From the human T2T-CHM13v2.0 reference genome, Homo sapiens, in NCBI RefSeq assembly GCF_009914755.1, contig NC_060943.1: a DNA stretch of 64,000 nt; one strand, written 5' to 3'. The translations under genes were made by a program, and so were the position numbers. This document shows positions 1-35,572 of the stretch, piece by piece; position 1 is the stretch's first letter, and every line of letters begins with the position of its first letter. The notes under the pieces were generated by a model, which saw only the letters and a list, made by a program, of their open reading frames with translations, did no database searches and had not been told where the DNA came from.

Positions 1-1341
1 GAGCCCGGTTATTCTCCTGCCAGCGTCCTCCCCTGATGTGTCCCTGACCCCGTGCTCTGACGTACTCAGCCATGTACTCACTCTCCTCTCCCAGGCCCCC
101 ATACCTGAGATCACCATGGCCTGATATGGGGTAGACTACAAGCCTACCGTGCCTCAGCCATGTGCAGGGCGACCTGTCCCTGGCATCCACACCTGTGGCC
201 CATACGTCGCCCGCATTGTGGGGCGCCGAAAACCCAACACAACTGAAACACAACTGCTGACCTTCCCCCTAAGCCGCCTCTAAACGAGGTCCCTCGGCCC
301 CTGGTCCCAGCCGCTCTTTGAAGACTTGCCTGATGACAGGCATGTACCATGTTTTTGGCTGGGACATTTTTCTGAGCCTTGCTCCGGGCTCCGTAAAGCG
401 GACACGGTGCCAGGGAGAGAATTTCGGGGCGGTTGCGGGCACAGGCGGGCTTCTGCGGAGGCCCTGGCGAACGCCCCCGCGCGGCGCGGTCCGATGGCCC
501 CATGGGGCCGCCCCTCCACTGTGAGGTCACCGGGGTTCAGCAACATTCACTGCGGCTAGGACGCGTACAGGTCACTGAGGCAGAACTTCCCGATTCTCGC
601 GCCTTCGTTCGTTTCTGCGGACCAGCGGAGACTCCTCCACACCGCCCACCGCCCAATGATCCCACTGCCGCAAACCGCCCCAAAGCCAGCGCCGAAAGCC
701 GACGCCGGAAGCCCCGCCCCACGCAGGGCCCGCCCGAACGTTCCCGTTCCTGGGCCGCCATTGGCCAAGTCTGAACGGCCCCACGTCGAGGCTCCTTATG
801 GGAAATGTAGTTCACGTCCCGCTTCAGGAGCTAGCGGCGCCCTCCCTTATCGCCTTGGCAACGACCCAGCCGCGCCGCGAGGAGAGCCGGGAATGGAGGT
901 CGTGGCGTGAGGGGCGCCGAGCGAGGGGAGGCGCGGGCCACGGGAGTTCCGGCGTTGCCCGGCAGTCCGCAGTCCTCGGCGGGAAGGCTGTCCCGGCGCC
1001 TCAGGCAGCTCTGCGTGGGCCGGGGTGACTTCCTCGCGATCCCCTGCGCGAGGTGAAGGGCAGGGACCTTTGCCGCGCCTTCCACGCGCCGTGCCCCACC
1101 GGCGAGTGGCTCCATCTTCCTCAGACTTATCGCTCGCGGACAGGCGCCGTGGGTCTCCCGGGCCTCCGTACCGTCCTCCTTCCCAGCGGCTCCGGGAAGC
1201 GGTTCCCTGTCTTCGGACGCATTTCACCCGCGCGGGGAGAGCTTCCCGGGAAGGTTCCACGGCGGCCGAGGGTTTCCGCGCCCGGGACGCGTTTCGGCTG
1301 AGGCCGTGGGTCCAGTCCACGGGTTCTGCCCGCACGGTCCA

Positions 1342-9741
<8,400 letters not shown>

Positions 9742-10252
9742 CACCGTGTTCATCAGGAAAGGTCTTATTCCAGAAAGGAGGTTGAGGAGAGTGGCCGTGA
9801 GAGTGCCATCCGAAAGAAGCTAAACCTTGCACATCCCAACACCCACCCCAGGGAGAGTTCCCGTGTGTGCCTGGTGTGTGGGACGCTTTCGGGAGCCACA
9901 TTGCACTCTGACTTGCCTGGGGCTGTTGGCAGTGTCACATCACTGAGTTTATCCACCGCCATCCACCTCTATCCACCCCATAAGGTCCCTACAGCAAGTG
10001 GGACAGCAGACCTTGTGCTCCTTGCTCTAAACAGTAGAGAATCGTTAATAGTGGAGCCCAAAACAGGCCTCATTCCCTACCCTTGACTGGTTTAGCTGTG
10101 GACATGACCCACCTCTGGCCGGAGGAGCTGAGCTGGTATCTGCTGGGGGCTTCCTGGGAAGGTTTACCATTTTCATGGAAATGGTTGACATTACACATGG
10201 TATTTGTCATGCCCTAGCATGGACTGTCTCATACTGCTCTGGACTATGTGGT

Positions 10253-10258
10253 AATAAA
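10253..10258 (+). terminator. Probable ZNF584 polyadenylation signal
   Basis: AATAAA about 510 nt after the stop codon, followed by a T-rich tract. Confidence 0.65.
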
Positions 10259-10284
10259 GGCTTTATTGTTTAAGCCGCTTAAAA

Positions 10285-12960
<2,676 letters not shown>

Positions 12961-12974
12961 ATATACCCACTTTT

Positions 12975-13201
12975 AAAGACATACGAGATGCTAAATGTTA
13001 TTCAGAATGGGCTAGAAAATGGGTGGTAACTTCCAGCTGTTGCCATGCTAAGGGGCAGTAACTTCCGAGTGTTGCCAAGGCAGTGGCAAACTGCCATGGC
13101 AATGGCGGGCCTGTCTTACGGGGAAGTGCTTTCAGCGCCTTTTCCTGATTTCAGCGTCTTCAACCTGCTCTGGAGTAGAGTCCCATCTGCCTCCTACCTC
13201 A
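12975..13201 (-). mobile_element. ERV1-class LTR fragment (MER50/MER51-like; subfamily uncertain)
   Basis: Ends ...gcctcctacctca (TGAGGTAGGAGGC start on the minus strand). Carries repeated gtaacttcc...gttgcca motifs typical of these LTRs. Confidence 0.55.
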
Positions 13202-13639
13202 GCTTCACAAAAATCCCTTGAAGGAGGAATTATCTTCATTTTCCATTGCTCCCCCACTTCCCCAGACTGGCTGCTGGATAGGATATTGATCACCTTGCTG
13301 CCTATAGAAATCTCAGTGCTGCTTTTTTAGGGGGAACGGAAGCCAATCCAAATTGTAATTTTTTTTTCTTTTGAGACGGAGTCTCCCCGTCACCCAGGCT
13401 GGAGTGCAGTGGTGCAGTCTTGGCTCCCAGGTTCAAGTGATTCTCCTGCCTCAGCCTCCTGAGTAGCTGGGATTAACAGGTTCGCCGCACCATGCCCGGC
13501 TAATTTTTGTATTTTTAGTAGAGACAGCGTTTCACCATGTTGGTCGGGCTGGTCTCGAACCCCTGACCTCGTGATCCGCCCACCTCGGCCTCCCAAAGTG
13601 CTGTGATTACAGGCGTGAGCCACCGTGCCCAGCCATGTA

Positions 13640-17728
<4,089 letters not shown>

Positions 17729-19106
17729 GAGATATTTCTTTATAGTAACACAAAAACAGCCTAACAAAAAGGTCACATAGTAGGTAGGATTTAGTAAGAA
17801 AGAGAGCTGAGATTTCAAGGCAGGTGAACTGGGTCTAATGTTTCCACTGCTTTACTCACCTCTCCCTACCTCTAGATTTCCACCCTCCCATGTTGAAATC
17901 TCTTGGTTATAAATTTTCACTTGTGCTTCTTTCTTAGATCACCTTCTTGAATCACAGTGGTGTCTATTTTCATATCCATTGAGGGTATAGTGATTCCTTG
18001 AGGGTTACAAGGTCTGCAGATCGATGAGTTCTTGGCATTTTGGAGAGGCCAGAGACTGGTAGCTCTGAGTCATTAGTTGTCAGGCCATGCCTCCCCATCA
18101 AACAATCGAAGCTTGGCTGACTTCTCTGAGTGCCAGAAGAAGGCTGGGGCTGGGGGTAGAGGATCTGGGTTTCACAAGAGGCGAGTCTGGAAATGTCAAA
18201 ATTGGGGTCCAAGGTGAGAGGATGGCGTGGTAGGACAACATTGTCTGCCATCCGTGTATAATGGCTGAAGCTCTGGTTAGTGGGTGTGGCCTAAGGAGAA
18301 TGTAGTGATTCCCACTGTCGGTGTAAAGGGCTTCATATTGATGGAGAGTTTTCTGTGTTGTCAGAAGTTCTGGTGGACACTGTGAGACAGATTTCATGGA
18401 TTTATAGATGAGACAGCTGAAGCTTGGGAGTCTGTGCCCCAGATCGCACAATTTATTAGCAGTAGGAGTCCAAGTTGAGCCAAGCCAGAGAAGGTTACTG
18501 AGTGTTTTGGCACCCTTGGCCTTAATCTGCTGCTCTTCAGATTTCACAGCCCCCATGTTCCAGATAGTTCACTCAAAGCTTGGGAGTTGGAGATGAGGGA
18601 ATCAACAGATGCTGACACTAGCATGAAGGAGAGGTATAGCTGATCTGGAGGTATGATTGGGAGAGGTTGAGAAGCCTTTCAAGGGTGTCCCTGATGTGGG
18701 AGGGCACAAGCAAAGGCCCAGGGGCAAGGAACTGCCCAGTAGATTCCAGAAGAGAACTACCATTGCATACAGCAGAGTGTACAATAACAGGGTAGTCAGT
18801 ACACTGCATCAAGGGGCTGAAGGCAACTGCCTTTTGGTTTGAGCATAGTCTGAAAGCAGTGGAGCCACTGAATCCCACAAAAGCTGGTAACCTGGACAGC
18901 TCAAAAGTCACAGCCATCAGGACTTTGCCTGGAATATTCTGGCATTATTGGCAAACATCTATCTTCCCCTAACAGGTTGGCTGCTGTATACTGAGACCCA
19001 GTCGGAGATCAGAAGGCAGGTTCAGTAGAAACACGTAGGACTCTACTCATGTATTAGGAATCTTTTTTTTTTCCTTTTTTATTTTTATTTTTTATTATTT
19101 TTTTGA

Positions 19107-19205
<99 letters not shown>

Positions 19206-19246
19206 TGAGTAGCTGGGATTACACGCATGCGCCACCATGCCTGGCT

Positions 19247-19250
19247 TTTT

Positions 19251-19329
<79 letters not shown>

Positions 19330-19334
19330 CTTTC

Positions 19335-19393
<59 letters not shown>

Positions 19394-19518
19394 TCCTTCC
19401 TTCCTTCCTTCCTTCCTTCCTTCCTTCCCTTTCCCTTCCTTCCTTCCTTCCTTCCTTCCTTCCTTCCTTCCTTCCTTCCTTCCTTTCTTTTTCTTTCTTT
19501 CTTTCTTTCTTTCTTTTC
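19247..19518. repeat. Compound (TTTC)n(TTCC)n microsatellite in the middle linker of a minus-strand Alu (~19065-19638)
   Basis: About 270 bp of pure pyrimidine between the two Alu arms. Confidence 0.95.
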
Positions 19519-21872
19519 TTGTAGAGATGGGATTTCTCCATGTTGGTCAGGCTGGTCTCAAAGTCCCAACCTCAGGTGATCCGCCCGCATTGGCCTCCCA
19601 AAGTGCTGGGATTACATGCGTGAGCTACCGCGCCCAGCCTTTTTTTTTTCCTGTTTTAGAGACAAGGTCTCATTATGTTGCCCAGGCTGGAGTGCAGTGG
19701 TGCAAACATAGCTCACTGCAGTCTTGAACTCCTGGGATCCAGTGATCCTCCTGCCTCAAGTAGCTGGAAACAGGCATGCCACGATCATGCCCAGCACCAT
19801 CTTATGAGATCTAATCTTGGCCACTCACACAGAGGATTGAGCTCTGATGACGTGTCTACCCTAACTTTATTTGCTTAGAAGGCTGAGCCCCATATGGCTC
19901 AGCTAACCTTTAATTCTGATCCCACATGTGTCTTACATATTGGAGACATTAGCATCTTCCATATTGGAGACATTACACTCAGGAAGGAAGGCCTGAGTAG
20001 GGTAGGGATCCCCCAGACACCTCACTGTGCTGGGGAGTATTTGAGAAGCCCTGCTGTAAACTTTGCTGACGGCAAAACTGTTGTGGCTTCTGCTCACAAT
20101 GTGGTTATCATTGTCCATCCCCTCAGGGGCTTCCAGGAGACGTGGCAGCTGCAGTGGCCTCTGATCCATCATACAGTATGGATGGACACCACAGGCCAAA
20201 GATTCTCATGTCAGAGGATTTCCGGTCTTTTCTCCCCTAGGCCTCAGGAGGACCCAGGGAAATATCTAAAGCCAACCTATAGTTTTGGTGAACTGAGTTT
20301 GCATTGAAATGTTTTTGGAAATGATTTTCAACATTTATAAAATCACATGCCACATAGAAATCTGAATATTTGGCTCTTCTTGGAAAACCAGGAGATATGG
20401 GAAATCTGTACTGACTCCACCATATTGTCTCCCCACCCCTTAAGAGGGACAGACCTGCTTGGTGGCCACCAGAAGTGGAATTATGAAGGCCACGGCCATA
20501 TGATTCTCAAGAAACCCTGGCTACTCACATAAGCCACTCCAGACCATGATTTCTGTCTTCTCTGTCTTGAGGTGCCTACCTGTGCAGTGATGGCCATGAG
20601 ATGAACAGCCCAGGGAGTCCACAGGAAATCCACAAAATATTTATTTGAATTTCAGTTATGAGTGACACATAGGTCTGCATGTCCTGAGAAGTTCTGTACA
20701 CCCTTATCTCACTTGGCCATAGTCATTGGAAGTTTCTGATGTGCGTTTAGAACAGACATGTCCCCTCTTGTCTACCACAGTCTTCTCCACACTTAGAGTT
20801 TTTGTACCAATGATAGTTCCCACATAGCCCTGGCAGGTCTGAACCAGTTATGCCTGCCTACTGAGTTTTATATTTCATGAGTCATGAGCCATGGGCAGGT
20901 ACTGGGGGATGTAGCTGGTAAAGTGGGACATGCATTGGGAACAGAGGACCAAACTTTTGCTGTGGAGGTTCTCAAAGAAACTACCCCATTCTTCAGAGCT
21001 AGCTCTGGGCCCACAGGTGACCCTTGGTGTCCAGATCACAAGATTCAGTCCAAGCCTGTCAGTCTTTCATAGGAGGCCTTAGGGCAACAAGACAAATTCA
21101 ACCAAAACTGGACTGAGCACTCTTCCTGCCCATGCGGCTGTTTGAGACACTCAGTGCCCCCTTACAAAAGCTGTTCTTTTTATATTAGGATGAATTGTTT
21201 CAAACCACCTCACCAACTCTGATGCAGGTGGCTAAACATTAAGGCCTTTGTTATCTCAGAGAGAGACAGGCAGATCCAGGAGTGAGTGATTGAGACTAAA
21301 CAGATCATTCCTAAGTGTCACATGTAGATGCAAACAATGTCCATGAAGAGAAACCTTTTCTTCTATTTTAGATGGAGTCTCACACTGTCGCCCAGGCTGG
21401 AGTGCAGTGGCACGATCTCGGCTCACTGCACACCCTGCCTCCCAGGTTCACACCATTCTCCTGCCTCAGCCTCCTAAGTAGCTGGGACTACAGGCACCCG
21501 CCACCACACCTGGCTAATTTTTTGTATTTTTAGTAGAGGTGGGTTTTCACCATGTTAGCCAGGATGGTCTCGATCTCCTGACCTCATGATCTGCCTGCCT
21601 CAGCTTCCCAAAGTGCTGGGATTATAGGCATGAGCCACTGTGCCCGGCCAAGAAACCTTTTCTGGAAAGCTCCAGAAGACACCAGCTCAGATCTTAGCAA
21701 GAATTGTCATACCAAAATCTAAAGCCATCAGTGGGAAAGAAAATGAAGGTACTCAAAGCCTATGTAATTCTCTCTAGAGAATGGAAAAGGGAGTATAGTC
21801 TGCTTTCCCTTAGCACAGTGAGGGAGACTGATACATATCATGAGATCTTGCCAGGTGGCAGAGATGAGACAG

Positions 21873-22411
21873 TATGGCAGGCAGCTTTGGACATGGCTTC
21901 CAATGATCTCTGCCCTCTGGTATTCATGCTCTTGTGTAATGCTCTCCCCTTGACTGTGGGCTGGACCAAGTGACTTGCTTCTAACTAAATTTAGCAAAGA
22001 TGATGGGATCTCACTTCTGTTATTAGGTTACAAATGACTGACTTGTTGGTATTCTCCACTGCATGATCAGCTTGCAAGCTTTGATTGACAAGCTGCCATT
22101 TTGGAGAGGCCCATGTGGCAGAGAACTGGAGGAGGTCTCAGACCAACAGACGGGTCCTCAGTCCAGCAGCCCACAAAAAACTGAATGCTGCCAATTACAT
22201 GAGTTTGCTTGGAAGCAGAGCCTTCCCTAGTCAAGCCTTCAGATGATACACCCCCAGCTGACATCTTGATGTTAGCCTTGTGAGAAACCCTAAAGAGGAG
22301 TCAGCTAGCTGCACCAAAGTTCCTGACCTATAGAGACTGTGAAATAGTGACTATTGTTTTAAGCCACTAGGTTTTGAGTAATTTGTTACACAGCAATAGG
22401 TAACTAATACA
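21873..22411 (+). mobile_element. MaLR MLT1-type solo LTR
   Basis: Terminus ...gtaatttgttacacagcaataggtaactaataca and internal ggagaggcccatgtggca...gcttggaagcaga motifs typical of MLT1E/F. Confidence 0.75.
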
Positions 22412-22445
22412 GATGGCTTCTGCAATAGCAGTAATACAGTGCCGC

Positions 22446-23200
22446 CTAAGATTCTGGGAGCTGTGGCTTTCCCACATTTGTTGCCCATAACTCTCTTGTG
22501 AATTCTCTGGTGATTTTTCTTAAAAGGGGGTGCCTATAGCTGAAGGCTTTCCCATTTTCACTGCATTTGTAATGCCTTTTTCCCATAGGTACTTTATATA
22601 GCTTTCTCACATAGGAGAGGTGACTGAAGACCATCCCACATTCCTTAGATGCAGGGGTTTTCTCTACTGTGAATTTTTTGGTTATAGATAAGAATCGATT
22701 TCTTCTTGAGGGTCTTTCTTCATACCAAGTATTTAAAGATCTCTCTTCAGTGTGGGTTCTTAGGTGGTTGAAGAGGGCAAAAGTCTTCATGTCTTCCCAT
22801 AGCCACTGCTCTTGAAGGGCTTCTCCCTATCATGGCCTGCCCGGTGTTATCTGATGTTAGAGCTGTGTGGCAGCATCTTCTCACTCAGCTCTTCTTCATG
22901 GCTTCCCTGTGCCATGAGTACTCTGGTGATGGAGAAAGGAAGGCCTTTCCACATTCTCTTTTGAGCTTCTCATTATTCTGGTACTCCAGTGCTGGAAGGG
23001 GGTAGTTACCCTGGAAAGCCTTCACAAATGCCTGGCCCTTGAGTCCTCTCACTTATGAATTTTGCTGTGCATGAACTGAAAAGTGCTCTTACTGTGAGCC
23101 ATGTCACATCTGAAAAGGTGGTCTTCACCATAAATGGTCTACTGTTGGTGAAGGTTTGATCCACTCCCTTGTGTGGGGTTTCTACCTGGAGTACACTGCC
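22446..23200 (-). pseudogene. Decayed ZNF132-like zinc-finger exon
   Basis: Residual ORF ALFNHLRTHTEERS...KKFT...KECGMVFSHLSYVRK...YKCSENGKAFS aligns by eye with ZNF132 [13 protein letters not shown]...KKFHT...[15 protein letters not shown]. Cys/His are lost and the frame is broken. Upstream limit approximate. Confidence 0.7.
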
Positions 23201-23813
23201 TAACGTTCAGCCAGGAGTACAATCTTTGGCAGGGCAAGGGTGCCATGGTCAGGGTGAGGAACGACCAGTCATGGAGTACTGGTCCTGTCACATATCCCAC
23301 TACTGAGCCTGTTAGGTGACATTCACGTAGGCAGGGAGAACAGAGAGGGATCTAGGACAGATGTGGAAGCAGCAGTGGCTACTGAAACTGCTGTTCAGTG
23401 ATGTGAGCCCAGGCCACCCTTCTTTTCTAGAGATGGGGCCTTGCTATGTTGCCCTGGATGGACTCAACCTCCTGGGCTCAAGAGATCCTCCTGCCTCAGC
23501 CTCTCAAGCAGCTAGGACTATAGGTGTGCACCACTGCACCTGGCCAGGCCTCTCCTTTATGGGGACTCCTGTTCACATCCCAGCCAATGCTCTCATGAGT
23601 ACTTCCTTGTATGGGGGAGGTCAAAGAAACAGCAGCAGCTCACATGTGATGATGCTGAAATTACATGGTAAATAAGCTTTTTAAAATAGGTGCCGGCCAG
23701 GTGCGGTGGCTCATGCATGTAATCCCAGCACTTTGGGAGTCCAAGGCAGGCAGATCAGGAGGTCAGGAGATCGAGACCATCCTGGCTAACATGGTGAAAA
23801 CCCGTCTCTACTA

Positions 23814-24035
<222 letters not shown>

Positions 24036-24554
24036 CTAAAATACCAGCTCTGTCAACTGTGTTAAATGCCCCCATCTGCCTGTGCCCACTCTGTTGGCCA
24101 GCAAGACTGTGAAGGCATGAAGTGTGTGTTAGTGACCAGAAACCCTGGCCAGACTGCAAAAACCACTTTCCTGGACGTCAGGCTATCACTTCTCTCAGCT
24201 CCCAGTTCCTACCTGGGGAGTGATGGGTGCCAAGATACAGTTTGAGAGAGGTGAAGTGAATGTACATGACATTGCATTTATCTGCTTTAACTGTGGCAAA
24301 AACTTTAACATGGCAAATACAAAGGTCTGTAGCTCTGGAGTTGTTCTGCACACCCTCACCCTGCACAGTCCCAGTTGATGGGGAACTATGGCTATTCCTT
24401 TGTCCATGATGGCATGTGCCCTAGTTCACCAGTCTACCCAAATCCCTGGTTATTACCTCACATCCAGTGTTTCTCTATGCACATAGAGTCCTCCATGGAC
24501 CCCTCTAGGTCTTTGCCTTGGTGACCCTGTGACTATTTTAGTGTTGTAGATGAG

Positions 24555-24560
24555 TTTATT
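24555..24560 (-). terminator. Candidate ZNF132 polyadenylation signal (a second candidate is at 24818-24823)
   Basis: TTTATT on + (AATAAA on -) downstream of the stop at 25308. Confidence 0.55.
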
Positions 24561-25307
24561 TTTCCTCTGGGTAAGCTCTGGGCCCTACGGTAACTGAAAC
24601 AGGCCACTATGTTCAATCCAGAGCCTTTCAGTCTTTCCCAGTCTTTCACACAGCAATGCAAAGTAGGCTACAACAGGACAGAGCAACTACCCGCTCTTCT
24701 ACTGTGCCCTTAGGCAGATTTTGTGCCCCCAAAAGGCACTCCCCAATCTATCCATTCATTTTCTCAACCTACCCCAACAGAACCCCTAAGATTAAAGGTG
24801 ACCTGATCAATAAGGTCTTTATTATCACCAGTTAGTGCAGGCAAGGTAGGTGATTCCAGTGGAGGGTGATTTGTGGCCTCAATGGACACATCTTAGGGGT
24901 TAAACACAGACTTGACCACATCCACAAGGAATGTGCATCTTCCTGAGCTCAAATTAGATTTCCCTCAAGGCCCCTCAACCAGCATCGGTTCAGCTGAGCA
25001 CAGTCCTGAATCCCTAGAGGACACAGGAAGGAAGGCTCAGGGTACTGTTTTCCCCATGCATGAGGACAGGACTGCTGCAAATTTTTGGATCCAGGCAAGA
25101 TGGAAAGTGACTATGGCTTCTGCCTTATGCTGCATGGGTGAGATGGCCCTGCAAAGGTTCCTGGGCTGGTCAGAAACAGAGTAGCTTCTGAAGGCTTTTC
25201 CACATTAGCAGTACATGTAGGTAATTTTTCTGGTATGGGGATTCTGCTGCATGAAGTTTGACTTGGCTGAAGATTTTCTCACAAAGACCACTTCCATAAG
25301 GCTCCAC

Positions 25308-31806
<6,499 letters not shown>

Positions 31807-33129
31807 AACAGGAGGCCCAGGGCTAGCCCTGCCGCTGGGCCGAACCCTCACACTTCCGCTGGGTGACGGTCGCACTCAGGACCTGTCTTCCCAAATGCAA
31901 AATGCGCGCAAGGCCTCTGGGCACCGCAGGGACGAAGGCTGGGTATGGAGACCCTGGAGACGCGTGGCGCTGGCTCCACTTTCGGGAACACCTTGGCTCA
32001 TAAAAGCAGAGTAATTAGCCGGGCACTATGGTGCGTGTGAAGGCGCGGTGACGGTCCCTGCACCCACTCCCGTGCCCTGGTGTGGCTCCAGAGGCCTGCT
32101 GTAGCCCAACCCACCAGCAGCAAAATGAGGACCGCAATGGCGGCGCCGGAAGTCCCGCCTCTCAATGACAGCTCGGACTTGCCACTGGTCCGAGCTTTCA
32201 TTGGCTCAAGGATCCCCGCCGTCTATGACGCTATTTCCCTATGCCCGTCTCGCTACTGCTAGGTCGTTGCCAAGGTGATTGAGGAATGGCGTTTATTGCG
32301 TCGTTGCTCACGCAACGCAAACTACATTATCCAGAAGGACCCTCGCGGTGCCTCAGGGCTGGCCATTGGCAGCCGAGGAGACAGGCACTTCCGGGCGGAG
32401 TGTAAGACGCTGGCCAATCACAGCCTGGAAGCGGGACTTCCGTCGTCGTCCTCGGACCATCACTTTGGCATTTCTCGATTTTGTCTGCTTCTGAAGGGAC
32501 CGCGTTGTCAGGCGAGGGACGGAATCTTGGAGGCTCCCTGGGCCCATGGAAACAGGAGCGAGGAAGGCACGAGAGTCGGGGAAGTTCCGCCTTCTTGACA
32601 TACAAGCGCCCCCACCGCGGCGAATATCGCCCCTGAGCCCAGTGTTCGCCCCCCACAACACCGCACCCCCCTTCCCCACCCTGTGCCTTAGATAAAGCCG
32701 GCCCAGTGGGACCCTCAGGTTGCACCGCGCGGAGGTGTCCGCGGCTCTCGGGAGTCGTCGCCCTTGGCGTTATGTTGGCTTTAGGGAGCGCGAGGCCGAG
32801 GCCAAGAAAAGCTACGCATTGGGAGGTCTTGACCCAGTGTGCGCCCGGCTGTAGGCATGGAACGTGCGCCAAAGGTCTCCTGGCACCCACTCCGCTGGAC
32901 TCAGCACCATTGTCCTAAGTCTCCGATTGAGAAGTATCTGCCCCAGGTCCTCTGCGGGCCCCACTGAACAGTGTGGAGCGTTCACAGGTTGGGGGTCACC
33001 ATTTCAGAATCCAGTTTGTTGAGACGTGGAGGGTACAGGAGGAGGGATCTGCATATGCGAAGACTTGGACTTGACCCTGACCTGAGCGTTCAGGCAGGCT
33101 CTCATGCCCCCTTGGCAGCGAGTGGAGAG

Positions 33130-33660
33130 CGTAAGAGGAGTCCTGCCTCTCCTGGCACACCGAGGGCGCCTGGGAGCCATGAAAGGTGTTGAACAGAAAA
33201 GGGATGGACATGACCTGAGTTAGAATTTGGAAAGTATTTCAGTGGTTGCTGAATGAACACACTACTGGAGAAGGTGGTTGTAGTGGGGCTGGAAGCAGGG
33301 AGACTGTGGGGGAGGTTATTGCAGTATTGTTCCAGACAGTTATGATAGTGGCCTGTCCAGAACGGAAGCAAGAAGGATGGGAGAAGTGATCAGATTCCCA
33401 GTGGATCTTCAAGATAGAGCTAATGGAATTTTTTGCTACCTTAGATAAGTGGAATAAGCATGAGTAGGGGTGAAGGACCATCCCAAGTAGTTAGGAAGAA
33501 TTAGGATGCCTCCTGTGGAGAATAGAGGTTGGCAGTTGGCAGGAGGAGGATGTTTCATGGAAGATTAGCGATGGATTTTGTAGGTATAGAGTCTGAATTG
33601 TCTGGAGACCTGTGAGTGGAGGTGTCAAATGGGCCTCTGGATATATAGAATTCTGGTGTG
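33130..33660 (+). mobile_element. L2-like old LINE fragment
   Basis: ggaggttattgcagtattgttccagacag..gatagtggcctg and gtggaggtgtcaaat..ctggatata motifs typical of the L2 3' region. Orientation call tentative. Confidence 0.5.
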
Positions 33661-34056
33661 GCTTCAGGACGTCCAGACTGCATTATGTTGGTGGCCTGGC
33701 CCAGTGAACGGCCTGACGATAGGATTTGGGAAGGAGGGTTTTAGGTTGGAGGACCAGTGGCTAGGGCTCACGCTCAGTGCTTAGATCACATCTGTCTGCC
33801 CATTGGCTTGGTGTTGCAGGGCTTAATGACCTTTGAGGACAGGGTCAGTACATCTTCCAAGAATGTGGGGCTCCTTAGTGAGGTCCAAGGGGGCTTCTAC
33901 AGTGACATGATACTACAGAGCTTTGTACTCCAGTGCTCACTAGGTAAGGCTACTGTGTCTCCTCTTTCCCCTACACATGAAATCTAGGTTTTCCTCCGCC
34001 TTTCCATTGTTCCCTGTGGGAGGTGCTGCTGGCCCTGGCACTGGCCAGTGTCCTGC

Positions 34057-35358
<1,302 letters not shown>

Positions 35359-35422
35359 CTGCTACTTATCCCTGGCTGCTGCATAAACAACCCCCACACC
35401 TTCCCTGGGATCTTGACAACCT

Positions 35423-35572
35423 TGTGAAGCCACAGTGATGGTCCCTGCACCCACTCCCACGCCCTTGTCCAGCTCTAGAGGCCTCCTGTAGCCCAACCCA
35501 CAAGCCACAAAATGAGGACCATCATGGCGGTGCCGGAAATCTCACCCCTCAATGCCCACCTGGAATCGGAAG
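35423..35572 (+). repeat. Diverged direct copy of the ZNF132 promoter/5'UTR segment at ~32035-32180
   Basis: ggtccctgcacccactccc...agaggcct.ctgtagcccaacccac...aaaatgaggacc...atggcgg.gccggaa occurs at both positions. Confidence 0.85.
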
